From assembly GCA_002811645.1 (NCBI GenBank), contig PDIP01000022.1, positions 27,375 through 91,374 on the forward strand: a DNA stretch of 64,000 nt, in the 5' to 3' direction. The notes below the pieces were generated by a model. It worked only from the letters and a program-made list of their open reading frames with translations, had not been told where the DNA came from and made no database searches. The translations under genes were made by a program, and so were the position numbers. The DNA comes from Corallochytrium limacisporum Hawaii (lineage: Eukaryota; Protista; Pluriformea). Positions 55,014 through 64,000 of the stretch are shown here, piece after piece (positions within the stretch are counted from its first letter, which is position 1; the number at the start of each line of letters is the position of its first letter).

Positions 55014-56774
55014 TCACTCCCCTTGGGAGTCATTTGGCTCCATTTCCAGCTCACCACGCGTCACAGTCTCGATGGCGACGATTCGTCTTTTGCATCTTTC
55101 CCGAGCAGATTCTATAATTGCTACCTGTGCTTCGAGGTAGACCTTAATGTGATCAGCCAACCCACCAGCACTATGCGGTCCATGCTGCTGGACATATTCG
55201 TTAGTACTCTCCAGCGCACTTTGGATGGGCAGTTGCATGTGTTCCAGCACCTGCACCAGAGTGGTTAGGGCCGGCAGGTCCTGTGCTGCTTTCGAGTCTG
55301 GCATGTAACTGAAAAGCTCGTCTTTGCTAGCGTTCTGAAGCCATTCCATTTCTTTTGGAGTGGAGGCGAGGAGAATCCGTACGCTTGCAAGCAGCGGACC
55401 AGGAATGGAGGAAGGCGAGCTCGCCGACTCGCTCCATGGCCCTCTTAGCTTTTGCTCTCTGATATTTACATCGTGCCTCTCCAGAATCTCAGTCTTTTCC
55501 ACATGATTGGGATCTGCTTCATCGACACCTAGTTCGAATTCGTAAACGTCATGGGGATTCTCAGGGATAGAAAATCCGTAGAACAGGATGGCTTTGCTAT
55601 TTGGAATATTGCCATACGAGAGACAGACCTCGTCACCTTCTGTCACGCGCAAATAGCTTTGGTATTCGATAACGTTCCGCTCCTCATCGACTGCACCGTA
55701 CCTGCACACTTGGGCCCATGGACTATGATTCATAAGGTCTGCTGCAGGCACGATTGCTGCCCTGCGATGAGCCAGTCCCGGATACTTCAGTTGCATTGCG
55801 TAGGAGTACCATATCTCCACCATCCACAGGTAATTATCGAATGTGAAGACCTCTTGTGTATCAAAGACTGCCGGGTAGGCCTCTGCCAGACCATTTATCA
55901 TCTCGTGGTACCGATTACGTACATGCATTTGTGCGGACACAACTTCATCGTATAATGGCGTTCCCTCAAGCATTTGCTGCGCAGCCTCGAGGTCGAGTCG
56001 TAGTCCTGTATGCAGATTCGATGGCATAATACGCCAATAGGAGTAGAACCGTCCCTCTGATCCTTTCGCCCTGTCCGCTATGGAGTATAAGAGAGCCACA
56101 GTGTCCTCATCAATGTCACTTATCTCTGTCTTCGATGTGCCTGCCAACACATCCTTGAAAACGGAACCCATAGTGGGATCATCGAGGGCGGCACGGACAT
56201 CAATCACCTTGTCAAGCATAATTTCAAGCACACTGTCACCAGGCCGAATTGTCTTCCCGGGTCTTACAAAACACCCTCGCCATTCAAAACCATGATCTTG
56301 CTTTCTGCAAAACCGAGACTCAATTAGAGGCTCTGTGGCTGATGCCCACGCGCACAGTTCGTCAGCAGTCTGGTCCTGCACATTTGGGATTGAGGCAGTG
56401 GCTGGCGTGTGCATAGTTGTCTTCGATTGTCGCGCCAATTGAAGCATATAATCCGTGTACGGGTAGAGATCTGTGTTTAAAGTTTCAACGAAGCCCTCAC
56501 CAAGCAATTTGGCCCGTCGAATCAAAAGTGACAGAGCAGCTGACTCATTCCGCACCGAAATCAAGTCACCGGGACCGTCCGCGGGCATTTGTATTCCAAG
56601 GAAATAGAAGTCATCGTCATCCATGCAAAGAATTCTTGCTGTAAGGATCAATTTGCGCACTGGCGCATCCGTTTTGACAGGAAGTTCTATACCATGCTGC
56701 TTCAAGAGTACACGCTTAGGTTCCTGGAGCACATCCTGCACGGCAGAAAAGTAGGTTTCACCAAAAAGGTCCAT
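55014..56774 (-). CDS. SETD3/SETD6/Rubisco-LSMT-type non-histone SET methyltransferase, 586 aa
   Basis: WRGCFV..IRPGDSVLEI; IVPAADLMNHS; GDEVCLSYGNIPNSKAILFYGFSIPENPHD; C-terminal helical substrate-binding region. Confidence 0.88.
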   Translation of the reverse strand: MDLFGETYFSAVQDVLQEPKRVLLKQHGIELPVKTDAPVRKLILTARILCMDDDDFYFLGIQMPADGPGDLISVRNESAALSLLIRRAKLLGEGFVETLNTDLYPYTDYMLQLARQSKTTMHTPATASIPNVQDQTADELCAWASATEPLIESRFCRKQDHGFEWRGCFVRPGKTIRPGDSVLEIMLDKVIDVRAALDDPTMGSVFKDVLAGTSKTEISDIDEDTVALLYSIADRAKGSEGRFYSYWRIMPSNLHTGLRLDLEAAQQMLEGTPLYDEVVSAQMHVRNRYHEMINGLAEAYPAVFDTQEVFTFDNYLWMVEIWYSYAMQLKYPGLAHRRAAIVPAADLMNHSPWAQVCRYGAVDEERNVIEYQSYLRVTEGDEVCLSYGNIPNSKAILFYGFSIPENPHDVYEFELGVDEADPNHVEKTEILERHDVNIREQKLRGPWSESASSPSSIPGPLLASVRILLASTPKEMEWLQNASKDELFSYMPDSKAAQDLPALTTLVQVLEHMQLPIQSALESTNEYVQQHGPHSAGGLADHIKVYLEAQVAIIESARERCKRRIVAIETVTRGELEMEPNDSQGE

Positions 56775-57315
56775 GTCTCCTTCCTATTAGGATTCCTTCA
56801 TGTTCGGTAGCATCAAATACTAAACGTGGTGAATTGAATGGACTATAGTTAATCGTGACCACAGACGTCATTGATAAGCGTGTTACGGGTTCCCAGAAGT
56901 ACCTAAAGCGCGGCTTGACATCGCAAGAGAGATACTCTCCACGCGACTTTCTAGACCCGTTCCAGGGGCTATCGATTCGGAAGGTCGTCGGGAGGGGGTT
57001 TGTAGCGGCTCTTTACTCGTACGTTCGGACGGGTATCATTCTTTCCCTTGCGATCGGCGGCGGAAAATCGTGTCCACAAACCTTAGGCAATTGTCCTTGA
57101 CAGGGTATTTGTTCAAAAGGTGGTTCTTTGACTTCAAATCTCTTCTTCTAGTGCCCTCTGAACAAAGTATACAGTAGATAGAACGAAATCCAACACTAGT
57201 AGGCATTCAACGCGTAGCGATTGCAAATTCGGACAAGACATGTAACTCTATATCGATGACCGTCCTGATCAGCGCAGACGCCTAAGAGCCAGGCAATAAG
57301 ATATCAAACTGAATC

Positions 57316-60300
57316 ATGGACGCGATCAAAGCAGCTGTCGGTGTGTTATTGAATGATGGCAAAGCTTCCCAACCAGGAACCCCCAGGAAGGGACATGAGG
57401 AGAAGACGTCCACCATTGTAGCTGCGTTCCGCTCCGTCAAGAGTGCATATCGATCGCGCAAGATTGGTGCCGGCACCGGTGGTGGGGAAACAGACAGTAC
57501 AGCAAGCACGAGCTGGGATGACAAAGTAGCAGCGGTGGATCGCATCGTGCACGAAACTGTGTCCAATGGGCTGAACTCAGTAGACCACTTTAATGACATC
57601 TTGAGCACAGCCATCGAAGGCTTGTTTCAGGCCTACAACACAGGAGACAGCAACTTGCGGTTGGTGTGCGAGGAAGGACTAAACACTATCATCTTGCGAG
57701 TTCGTTCGCTACATCTTGGTCTACTTCAGGTCGAGCTATACAAGGAACTGCAAAACGAGCACTCGCAACAGCGGAGCCAGCGGTTGGCGTTTACAAAATT
57801 CGCTGCACTGGCCCACTTCACGCAGCCGAAGAAGTGCAAAACAATTGCGCCTTCCATGTTTCCATTGATGGCAGAGTATGTACTGCGAAAAGATGACGGC
57901 TTCCAGGAAATTGTGGGGTCCCACATCGACAAGATCATAAAAGTGTTTGGTCCTTACGCCACCCCGGAGAATATTCAGCTCATGGCTGACAGTTGTGTGA
58001 GAAGCATGGTAGAATCTTCATCGCCCACCAGTCGGCGTTCCGCAGGGTTCACTATTCAAGCCATGGTAAGTTATGGACCATCGCAAGATGAAACTCTTCC
58101 AATGGTGCTGGACATGCTCTGGAAGAACCACTCATCCAATGCGGGCACTGACGGGGACGTTACTGATGACCGTCTATCTGGGCTGATTGGAACAGCCATG
58201 TGCCTGAAGTATTTATTGGAGGCCATCACAGAGAAGCAAATGGTTAATCGGAACAAATGGCGGAGCCAGACACTCCCAATTTGGCACTTCCTTGCCACAA
58301 CTATTGAGGAACATGATCACAATGTCACTACACAGTGCCTTGAGGCCGCCATTGCGTTCATGAATTGTACGGAAAGGATGTTCAAGGCCCCGCTTGTGGA
58401 GAAACATGACGACTTCATTCTCTTCCATCAACGGGTGCTGAAGATTCTGCTTTTGCAGACTTCAGCGGAAACTAAGCAACAAAGGCCACTGCGTACAAGC
58501 AATCTTGCTCTTAGTCTCAGCTTCTTAGGTGCAATGCTCTCGTTGATGCCGCAGAATATCGATACAGGCATGCTTTCTGCCTTGCAGGAGCTTACAAGGA
58601 CCTTCTGTACACATGAGGACCAATTGGTAAGAGCTCAGATAGCGCAAGTTTGTGCAGGTCTTGCGCACAATGCATTGATGTATTCTTCAGATCCTTCAGG
58701 GCCGTACGATCGCTGCGACGTGCATCCAAGTCTCAGTTTAATGCACCGTCTCATCCTCGATTCTTCCCCGCAAACTTGCCGCACAGCAATCGCAGCAGCT
58801 GCATTGCCTTTCAATCCGTTGGTTGCCATTGGCTCGGCAACCGATATTCTTGTGACACTGGATTCCGTCCTGTGGCAATCTAAGAGCTCGTACTGGTTGT
58901 GTCGATACGAAGTGCTCAAATTCATTCAGAACTTGGACTTTATCAAGCTTGCTGTGCTCGATACCTTTAGCATTCAACCCATCACGCAGTCTACACCTCG
59001 CTCATCGATCTCCGAAGGGAGCACAAGTCCCCGCAGGCCGTCAATCCCCGCCACATTTGTTCGGAACCGCGGGGGGGCTTTCTTTGAGCGGTGCTGGCAG
59101 ATCTGTCTGTCACTCGTCTACGATGAAGATGAACGTGTGGCAGTGGCAGCCAGTGAATCACTCACTCGCATATTGATGAATGCCCCGGGTCAAACGGCAG
59201 GGGTAAGAGGCCTGTGGCAGGATGATATGAATGTGCAAGTTGATGGTCACCGTGGTGGCAGAGTTGTGAAAATGCCGGTCAACACTGATCGGTACTGCGA
59301 AGTCCTGGACGAGACGTTCCGATCTCTAACCCACACTCTGTTCACTTGCAGTTCATCAAAGCAGCAGTGTCTCTGTGCATACAGAGCCATTCGGGGTCTT
59401 CTAATCGACAACTGGGAAGCAAATGAAGTACGTAAACAGCGGGACCAGCGTGCGAATCTTTCTGACACAGTAATGGCATATGCAAATGACATTCTGGCAT
59501 TTTCCATTGAGCAACTCTCAACCAGTAATTTTGGCATCGATTTGGGCATCCATACTGAACTGCTGGGTGTGATCAGTCAGCTTCTGATGTACCAAGAACT
59601 GCATATCGCCACCGGTGTGCGGCAGAGGCTATTGGTACACATACTACGCTGTCTAAATGTCTTCAAGAGCACTAAGGAATCGCAGTACCGTGCCCAAGCC
59701 ACAAGCGGAAATGATAGCTCCAACGTCAAGTTTACAATGACCACCAGAGGCAAGCAAACAGAAAACGATTCTCCACATTTGGCTAAGAAGCAAGAGAAAC
59801 ACCCGGCACAGCTGGCTGGAAGCCCGAGGTCCGCTGGGGAGAGCGAAGAGCACCAGGTACCCCGTTCTGGACTGTGTGCGTTTGAGCACATTCCACAGTA
59901 CATGAATCTGAGAAACGTCCTGCAGGCAGCCCGAGATTCCGCCAGCACTTCACTCGATTTCACTCGCACAGACAAGTTTGTGGATCTGTTGAACGCACTA
60001 TTGGGCACTTTGTCGTGGATCATTGAACGTCTGGGCAAGGCATTTAAGCTCTACACCGAAGTGACCCTACACCTTCTGACTGGTGTCAGCACATTGGCAC
60101 CTACAGAAACCATAAGTTGTGAGCTTGCCCTACTGCGCGCACTTTACGCCACACAGACGCGATCCAAGGATCTGCGTGCGGGCCATGCGTTACTGCCAGA
60201 TCTCAGTGTCAAGTCTGAGACTGATTCAAATGCGCTGTGCGTGTCCTTTGAGCAACTATGCGCTGGAGATCGATTCGCGTTTAGGAACCGAAAGACCATC

Positions 60301-63300
60301 TTTTTGGGAGATGGAAACGTTGTCGCCGAGTCGCCAGCCAACGAAGTAAGTGATCTTTCCACCGAAAACGGGCAGGCTAATGTCAAGACAGATTCTGACT
60401 CCGTGCCTCTGGACAGAATTAGTCAGTTTGAGCCGCTGACCCTGTGGAGTGTGAATCAGTATGGCCGGACTGCCGATGTGTACCTCCAATGCGAAGTGAT
60501 CGACAAGATGATCTTTATGCTGCAGATTGGCATTGACCTTGAGGAATTGGGGATCACGAATCATCTGGTGGACATTATCAAAGGTCAGCTCGATATGGCA
60601 GCTCATGGATACCACGAGGCATACCGTGTCGCCTTGCCCTCAATCATTCGCTTTCTTTGCCTTTTGCGGCGTAAGCAACATCAAGGGTCCTTCGAAGCGA
60701 AGGCAATTGTGGATCTGACTATCGATTTGCTGCCTCGTCTTTTGCCCGATGTACCCACAGCACAGGGATGCATGGAAGCAATTCTTCATTTCCTGCTGCC
60801 TCAGGAAGGTACCGGGCCTTCAGAAGACGACATGGATTCGCTTCATGAATTCATAGAGTTCATGCTGAAGAATCTCTCGTACCGTAGTGTGGCACAGAGC
60901 TTTGAATTCCTGATGAGCATTGCATCAAACGACGTGGCCGCAGAAACGGCAGACAAGGTCCTTGAGAAGCTTATGGTAGATATGGTGAGCGCGGAGATTG
61001 TTTCCTATGAAGATGGTGCGATTTTGGCACTGCAACCCACAATTTTGTACATCAGGAATAGTCAGCATATCGTACAGCTTTTGCAAGTCGGGCTAAAGCA
61101 CCTCTGCAGACGCCTAGATGATGACGCAAACTCGAGAAACTACGGAGCGGAAGATGCCATTTCTGATTTCAGGTATTTGGAAGTGCTGCTTCTGACTGAA
61201 TACGTGCTTTACCATATTTCAGAAAAACTGAGATCGTTGGATAAAGACGCGCAGAAGGCTATAACTGCTATAGCTGGAGCAGTGGCCGATCTAGCCACTC
61301 GCATTCAGAGTTTGTACCACAGCGAAGACCTAGAGAACTATGCAGCTGAGTTGCTACGGTCGCACATGATCTACAATCGTCTGCTTATGAATCAAGCGCA
61401 ACCAACTAACGACCGCGAGCTGGGCCAAACATACTTGAAATTATTGCACGAAGTGCAGACCCGGAAGGCATACATCCCCATTCCTTCCACTGCAGTGTGG
61501 TATCGGTACTGTGTGGATTTAAACCAGACCTTTTCTGTGGTAGACAAGGCCAATCCATGCCAGGTCTTCGGCTGTGACACCACGCTTGGTGTGTTCGATG
61601 CCATGGCATTGGTCATTGTTGCTGTAACTTCTCAGAAGACCAAAAGTGTGCGTCTGCTGCGGGAATGGCATGGAGGATTAGAAATTGCCATGAATCACCT
61701 GGCCGAGGAGCGTACTGTGCAGGAAGCTTTGTCTGCCGTTATGGATGAGGGCGACCAGGAAATGCAAGAGGAGGTCATGGGCTATTTTGGGTCGTTGCTA
61801 TCTGACCGGGAAAGCCAACTCTCATACGATCGTGCCAAGCGCTGCTGCATCTTGGCACGGTTGTTACTGAAACCGAGCAACGTGCAGCGTGCCTTGGCTT
61901 TCTGTAGCTATTGTCCATACAGTGCCTTGCGCCGTCGCATGGCAAAGACCATTGAGGAATGTCTTGAAGGTCCCGAGGCGGTGGCGGAGGAGGTCAAGGA
62001 GTTCATGGAAGCCCACGGATCAAGTATGCGCATTTCGTTGTGCTTTGATTTGTCCAAGGTACCGCCTTCGAAGCTGATTACACCTCCGTTGTCGCCGAAA
62101 GTGGTGCTATTGGACAAAATTCTGAGCATCTCAGAAACAACGAAGGCGCTAATATTGCTGACCCAACGATCTGGTCAGGATGAGACCGCTGACGATGCCA
62201 GCCGTAATCTCACCCAGAATTTGATCTCTCAGTGCGAGGAGCTTCTCGATCGCATGAGTTCGCACAACATGAACATACTTACGGATCCCCACGCCATACA
62301 CATCTGCTGTACTGCAGCGGTGACAATCGGAGATGCGCTGCAGACTATTCGCATGAAGCGAAGAAGTTTGGAAGAGAAGGCCTTGGGCAAATTCATTGAC
62401 CCGGATGACATGAAACCCGAGGAAGATTGGGTAGTTTGTCGCCGGAGGTACGAGGCCACCGTGGACAATCTGGTCGGGTCCAGCCTCGCTGCATGCAATG
62501 CCCGCATCAGCCGCATGACAGTGGCCAATCCCCTGCCGTCAGCCCTGCTACTGACTCTGATCACCACATGGTCTTTCTGTGCGAGTTTGGAGCGAATGTG
62601 GTCACCCAGTGATACCAACACGCACTCTCTCTACAATAGTGAAGGCCGTCCTGAGAATACTTACGCTCGCCAGGGTCTGATGAAGCATACGAACCCAATA
62701 TCCTTTCTGTGCTTCTCCCTATGGGACACCATTGTGCCTGCCATGCAACGCAGGGAGTTCTGCCACCGCTTTCGACGCTGTCCAAGCAGCCAACGGCGAG
62801 CTATGTACTCGGGCATTCTGTATGAATGTGTGGCAGATATCTCCAAGAGCATGACTGCCGCGGGTATGCTCAAGATGGGCCAGCGTGTGCGATCAAAGCA
62901 GTACGTCATGCGCCAGGTTCTAGAGGATTGCGTAGTACGCCTGACCCGCGGTTCCTATGAGCAAGTCTTCCAGCACATGCTCCGGGCTGGTCGCTCTAAT
63001 GCTTTTTCAGTCTTTGAGCCTGAAGGTGACGGAGAGGATCAACTCCATCCCAGACCGGAAGACAATAACTTGTTTATTGATCTCGAGATGATGCATGATC
63101 CACAACACTTGGAAGAGTTTGTCAATGTCATCACTTTGTGTGGATGGCGGGATCGGAACGTGTTTGAGACCATGTGGAGTGCATTGCTCAGTGTGCTGGG
63201 TACTGCCCTGGGCCAGGCTGATGAGCCTGAATCAACCGAGCTAATCGTTTTCGCAGCCAAAGGACTTTTTGGCATGCTCTTGGATGGTCTCGCAGTCAGT

Positions 63301-64000
63301 AACGAACGCCGTGACTTTGGCCATGCTCGCTTCCATCCCCTCAGTCACGGCATCTGCCCTGGATTTGACTCCCGCGAGTGCGTGCTAGAAGTTTTGCAGC
63401 CTTGGGCCTCGACAGGGGCGCAGATGGGTGGTATTGCTCCTGCCTACGTTGGTCTGACTGGCGGTGCCACCTCGGTGGGTCGTAACCCACGTTTTGTGGC
63501 AGTGTCCCTAATTTCAACCATTTACCCCTCGGACCCATACTTTGCGCCATACATGGCCACTCTTCTAGATCTCATGGAGCCAAAACTGGAGCCCGAGGCC
63601 CCGTTTGCCCTGCGTGCTATGGTTGCTCGACTTTGTTCCCACTTGGTTCCCTACACTCCACGTCAGTACGCGAGCGAATTTCTAGCTCCATATATGGTTC
63701 GATGTATGGCGGAGAAGACTGAGGATGAGGATATGTTCACTCGCTGTTACATGTCTCTACTCTTCACAGGCACCCTTGGCCTGGGAAAAGAAGCTGATCA
63801 GAGACCGCTGACAACGTTTGTGTTGGAGACGCTGTTTCATGTCCTCAAGTGGGTCGTGGACAATGCACGTGAGTTGGAAATGATCGACAACTTTTGCACC
63901 AAGTGCTATTTCGCTGTCCTTAGGGAACGTGCCCGTGTGGCACGTAAAAGTCTGGCTCCGCGCGACAGTGTGCAGTTGACTCAGCGCCTCTACGAGCATG
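57316..64000 (+). CDS. HTT: Huntingtin ortholog, >2228 aa, truncated by window end; absent from the ORF track
   Basis: Manual translation: DSNLRLVCEEGLNTII..LQVELYKEL..RSQRLAFTKFAALAHFTQPKKCK; HDHNVTTQCLE; SSYWLCRYEVL; DEDERVAVAASESL; FEHIPQYMNL; FEPL..QY; ITLCGWRDRNVFETMWSALLSVL; in-frame stop at 57283 upstream, none seen downstream. Confidence 0.93.
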   Translation, partial: MDAIKAAVGVLLNDGKASQPGTPRKGHEEKTSTIVAAFRSVKSAYRSRKIGAGTGGGETDSTASTSWDDKVAAVDRIVHETVSNGLNSVDHFNDILSTAIEGLFQAYNTGDSNLRLVCEEGLNTIILRVRSLHLGLLQVELYKELQNEHSQQRSQRLAFTKFAALAHFTQPKKCKTIAPSMFPLMAEYVLRKDDGFQEIVGSHIDKIIKVFGPYATPENIQLMADSCVRSMVESSSPTSRRSAGFTIQAMVSYGPSQDETLPMVLDMLWKNHSSNAGTDGDVTDDRLSGLIGTAMCLKYLLEAITEKQMVNRNKWRSQTLPIWHFLATTIEEHDHNVTTQCLEAAIAFMNCTERMFKAPLVEKHDDFILFHQRVLKILLLQTSAETKQQRPLRTSNLALSLSFLGAMLSLMPQNIDTGMLSALQELTRTFCTHEDQLVRAQIAQVCAGLAHNALMYSSDPSGPYDRCDVHPSLSLMHRLILDSSPQTCRTAIAAAALPFNPLVAIGSATDILVTLDSVLWQSKSSYWLCRYEVLKFIQNLDFIKLAVLDTFSIQPITQSTPRSSISEGSTSPRRPSIPATFVRNRGGAFFERCWQICLSLVYDEDERVAVAASESLTRILMNAPGQTAGVRGLWQDDMNVQVDGHRGGRVVKMPVNTDRYCEVLDETFRSLTHTLFTCSSSKQQCLCAYRAIRGLLIDNWEANEVRKQRDQRANLSDTVMAYANDILAFSIEQLSTSNFGIDLGIHTELLGVISQLLMYQELHIATGVRQRLLVHILRCLNVFKSTKESQYRAQATSGNDSSNVKFTMTTRGKQTENDSPHLAKKQEKHPAQLAGSPRSAGESEEHQVPRSGLCAFEHIPQYMNLRNVLQAARDSASTSLDFTRTDKFVDLLNALLGTLSWIIERLGKAFKLYTEVTLHLLTGVSTLAPTETISCELALLRALYATQTRSKDLRAGHALLPDLSVKSETDSNALCVSFEQLCAGDRFAFRNRKTIFLGDGNVVAESPANEVSDLSTENGQANVKTDSDSVPLDRISQFEPLTLWSVNQYGRTADVYLQCEVIDKMIFMLQIGIDLEELGITNHLVDIIKGQLDMAAHGYHEAYRVALPSIIRFLCLLRRKQHQGSFEAKAIVDLTIDLLPRLLPDVPTAQGCMEAILHFLLPQEGTGPSEDDMDSLHEFIEFMLKNLSYRSVAQSFEFLMSIASNDVAAETADKVLEKLMVDMVSAEIVSYEDGAILALQPTILYIRNSQHIVQLLQVGLKHLCRRLDDDANSRNYGAEDAISDFRYLEVLLLTEYVLYHISEKLRSLDKDAQKAITAIAGAVADLATRIQSLYHSEDLENYAAELLRSHMIYNRLLMNQAQPTNDRELGQTYLKLLHEVQTRKAYIPIPSTAVWYRYCVDLNQTFSVVDKANPCQVFGCDTTLGVFDAMALVIVAVTSQKTKSVRLLREWHGGLEIAMNHLAEERTVQEALSAVMDEGDQEMQEEVMGYFGSLLSDRESQLSYDRAKRCCILARLLLKPSNVQRALAFCSYCPYSALRRRMAKTIEECLEGPEAVAEEVKEFMEAHGSSMRISLCFDLSKVPPSKLITPPLSPKVVLLDKILSISETTKALILLTQRSGQDETADDASRNLTQNLISQCEELLDRMSSHNMNILTDPHAIHICCTAAVTIGDALQTIRMKRRSLEEKALGKFIDPDDMKPEEDWVVCRRRYEATVDNLVGSSLAACNARISRMTVANPLPSALLLTLITTWSFCASLERMWSPSDTNTHSLYNSEGRPENTYARQGLMKHTNPISFLCFSLWDTIVPAMQRREFCHRFRRCPSSQRRAMYSGILYECVADISKSMTAAGMLKMGQRVRSKQYVMRQVLEDCVVRLTRGSYEQVFQHMLRAGRSNAFSVFEPEGDGEDQLHPRPEDNNLFIDLEMMHDPQHLEEFVNVITLCGWRDRNVFETMWSALLSVLGTALGQADEPESTELIVFAAKGLFGMLLDGLAVSNERRDFGHARFHPLSHGICPGFDSRECVLEVLQPWASTGAQMGGIAPAYVGLTGGATSVGRNPRFVAVSLISTIYPSDPYFAPYMATLLDLMEPKLEPEAPFALRAMVARLCSHLVPYTPRQYASEFLAPYMVRCMAEKTEDEDMFTRCYMSLLFTGTLGLGKEADQRPLTTFVLETLFHVLKWVVDNARELEMIDNFCTKCYFAVLRERARVARKSLAPRDSVQLTQRLYEH

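Overview
Eukaryotic, essentially intron-free genomic DNA with 7 short N-gaps. It alternates between tightly packed gene blocks (spacers as short as 38-98 bp) and two long gene-poor tracts rich in microsatellites and G/C runs (~15.0-23.4 kb, ~28.7-38.2 kb). Genes recognised from motifs, in order: MET17, NUP50-like, PHD + plant-type SDG2/ATXR3 SET methyltransferase, HGS/Vps27, GID4, a small acidic orphan, PDHB, a RegA/PDE8-like phosphodiesterase with a split pseudo-receiver domain, an FAD-oxidoreductase/cyclopropane-fatty-acyl synthase fusion, TMED9-like p24, a probable mitochondrial microprotein, GUK1, TELO2, a CaaX-terminated orphan, MSMO1/ERG25, an APMAP-like protein, TTI1, and a SETD3/LSMT-type methyltransferase. 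A huntingtin ortholog (57316 to >64000) is missing from the supplied ORF track because it has no stop in the window. Inference: a unicellular holozoan with very few introns, Corallochytrium-like; not verified. Highlights: huntingtin with an N17-like helix but no polyQ and no central disordered region; TELO2-TTI1 linkage; the split pseudo-receiver PDE; plant-type SDG2 and CFA-fusion genes in an opisthokont background; operon-like head-to-tail spacing with splice-acceptor-like motifs. All homology calls are from recalled family motifs; no searches were run.
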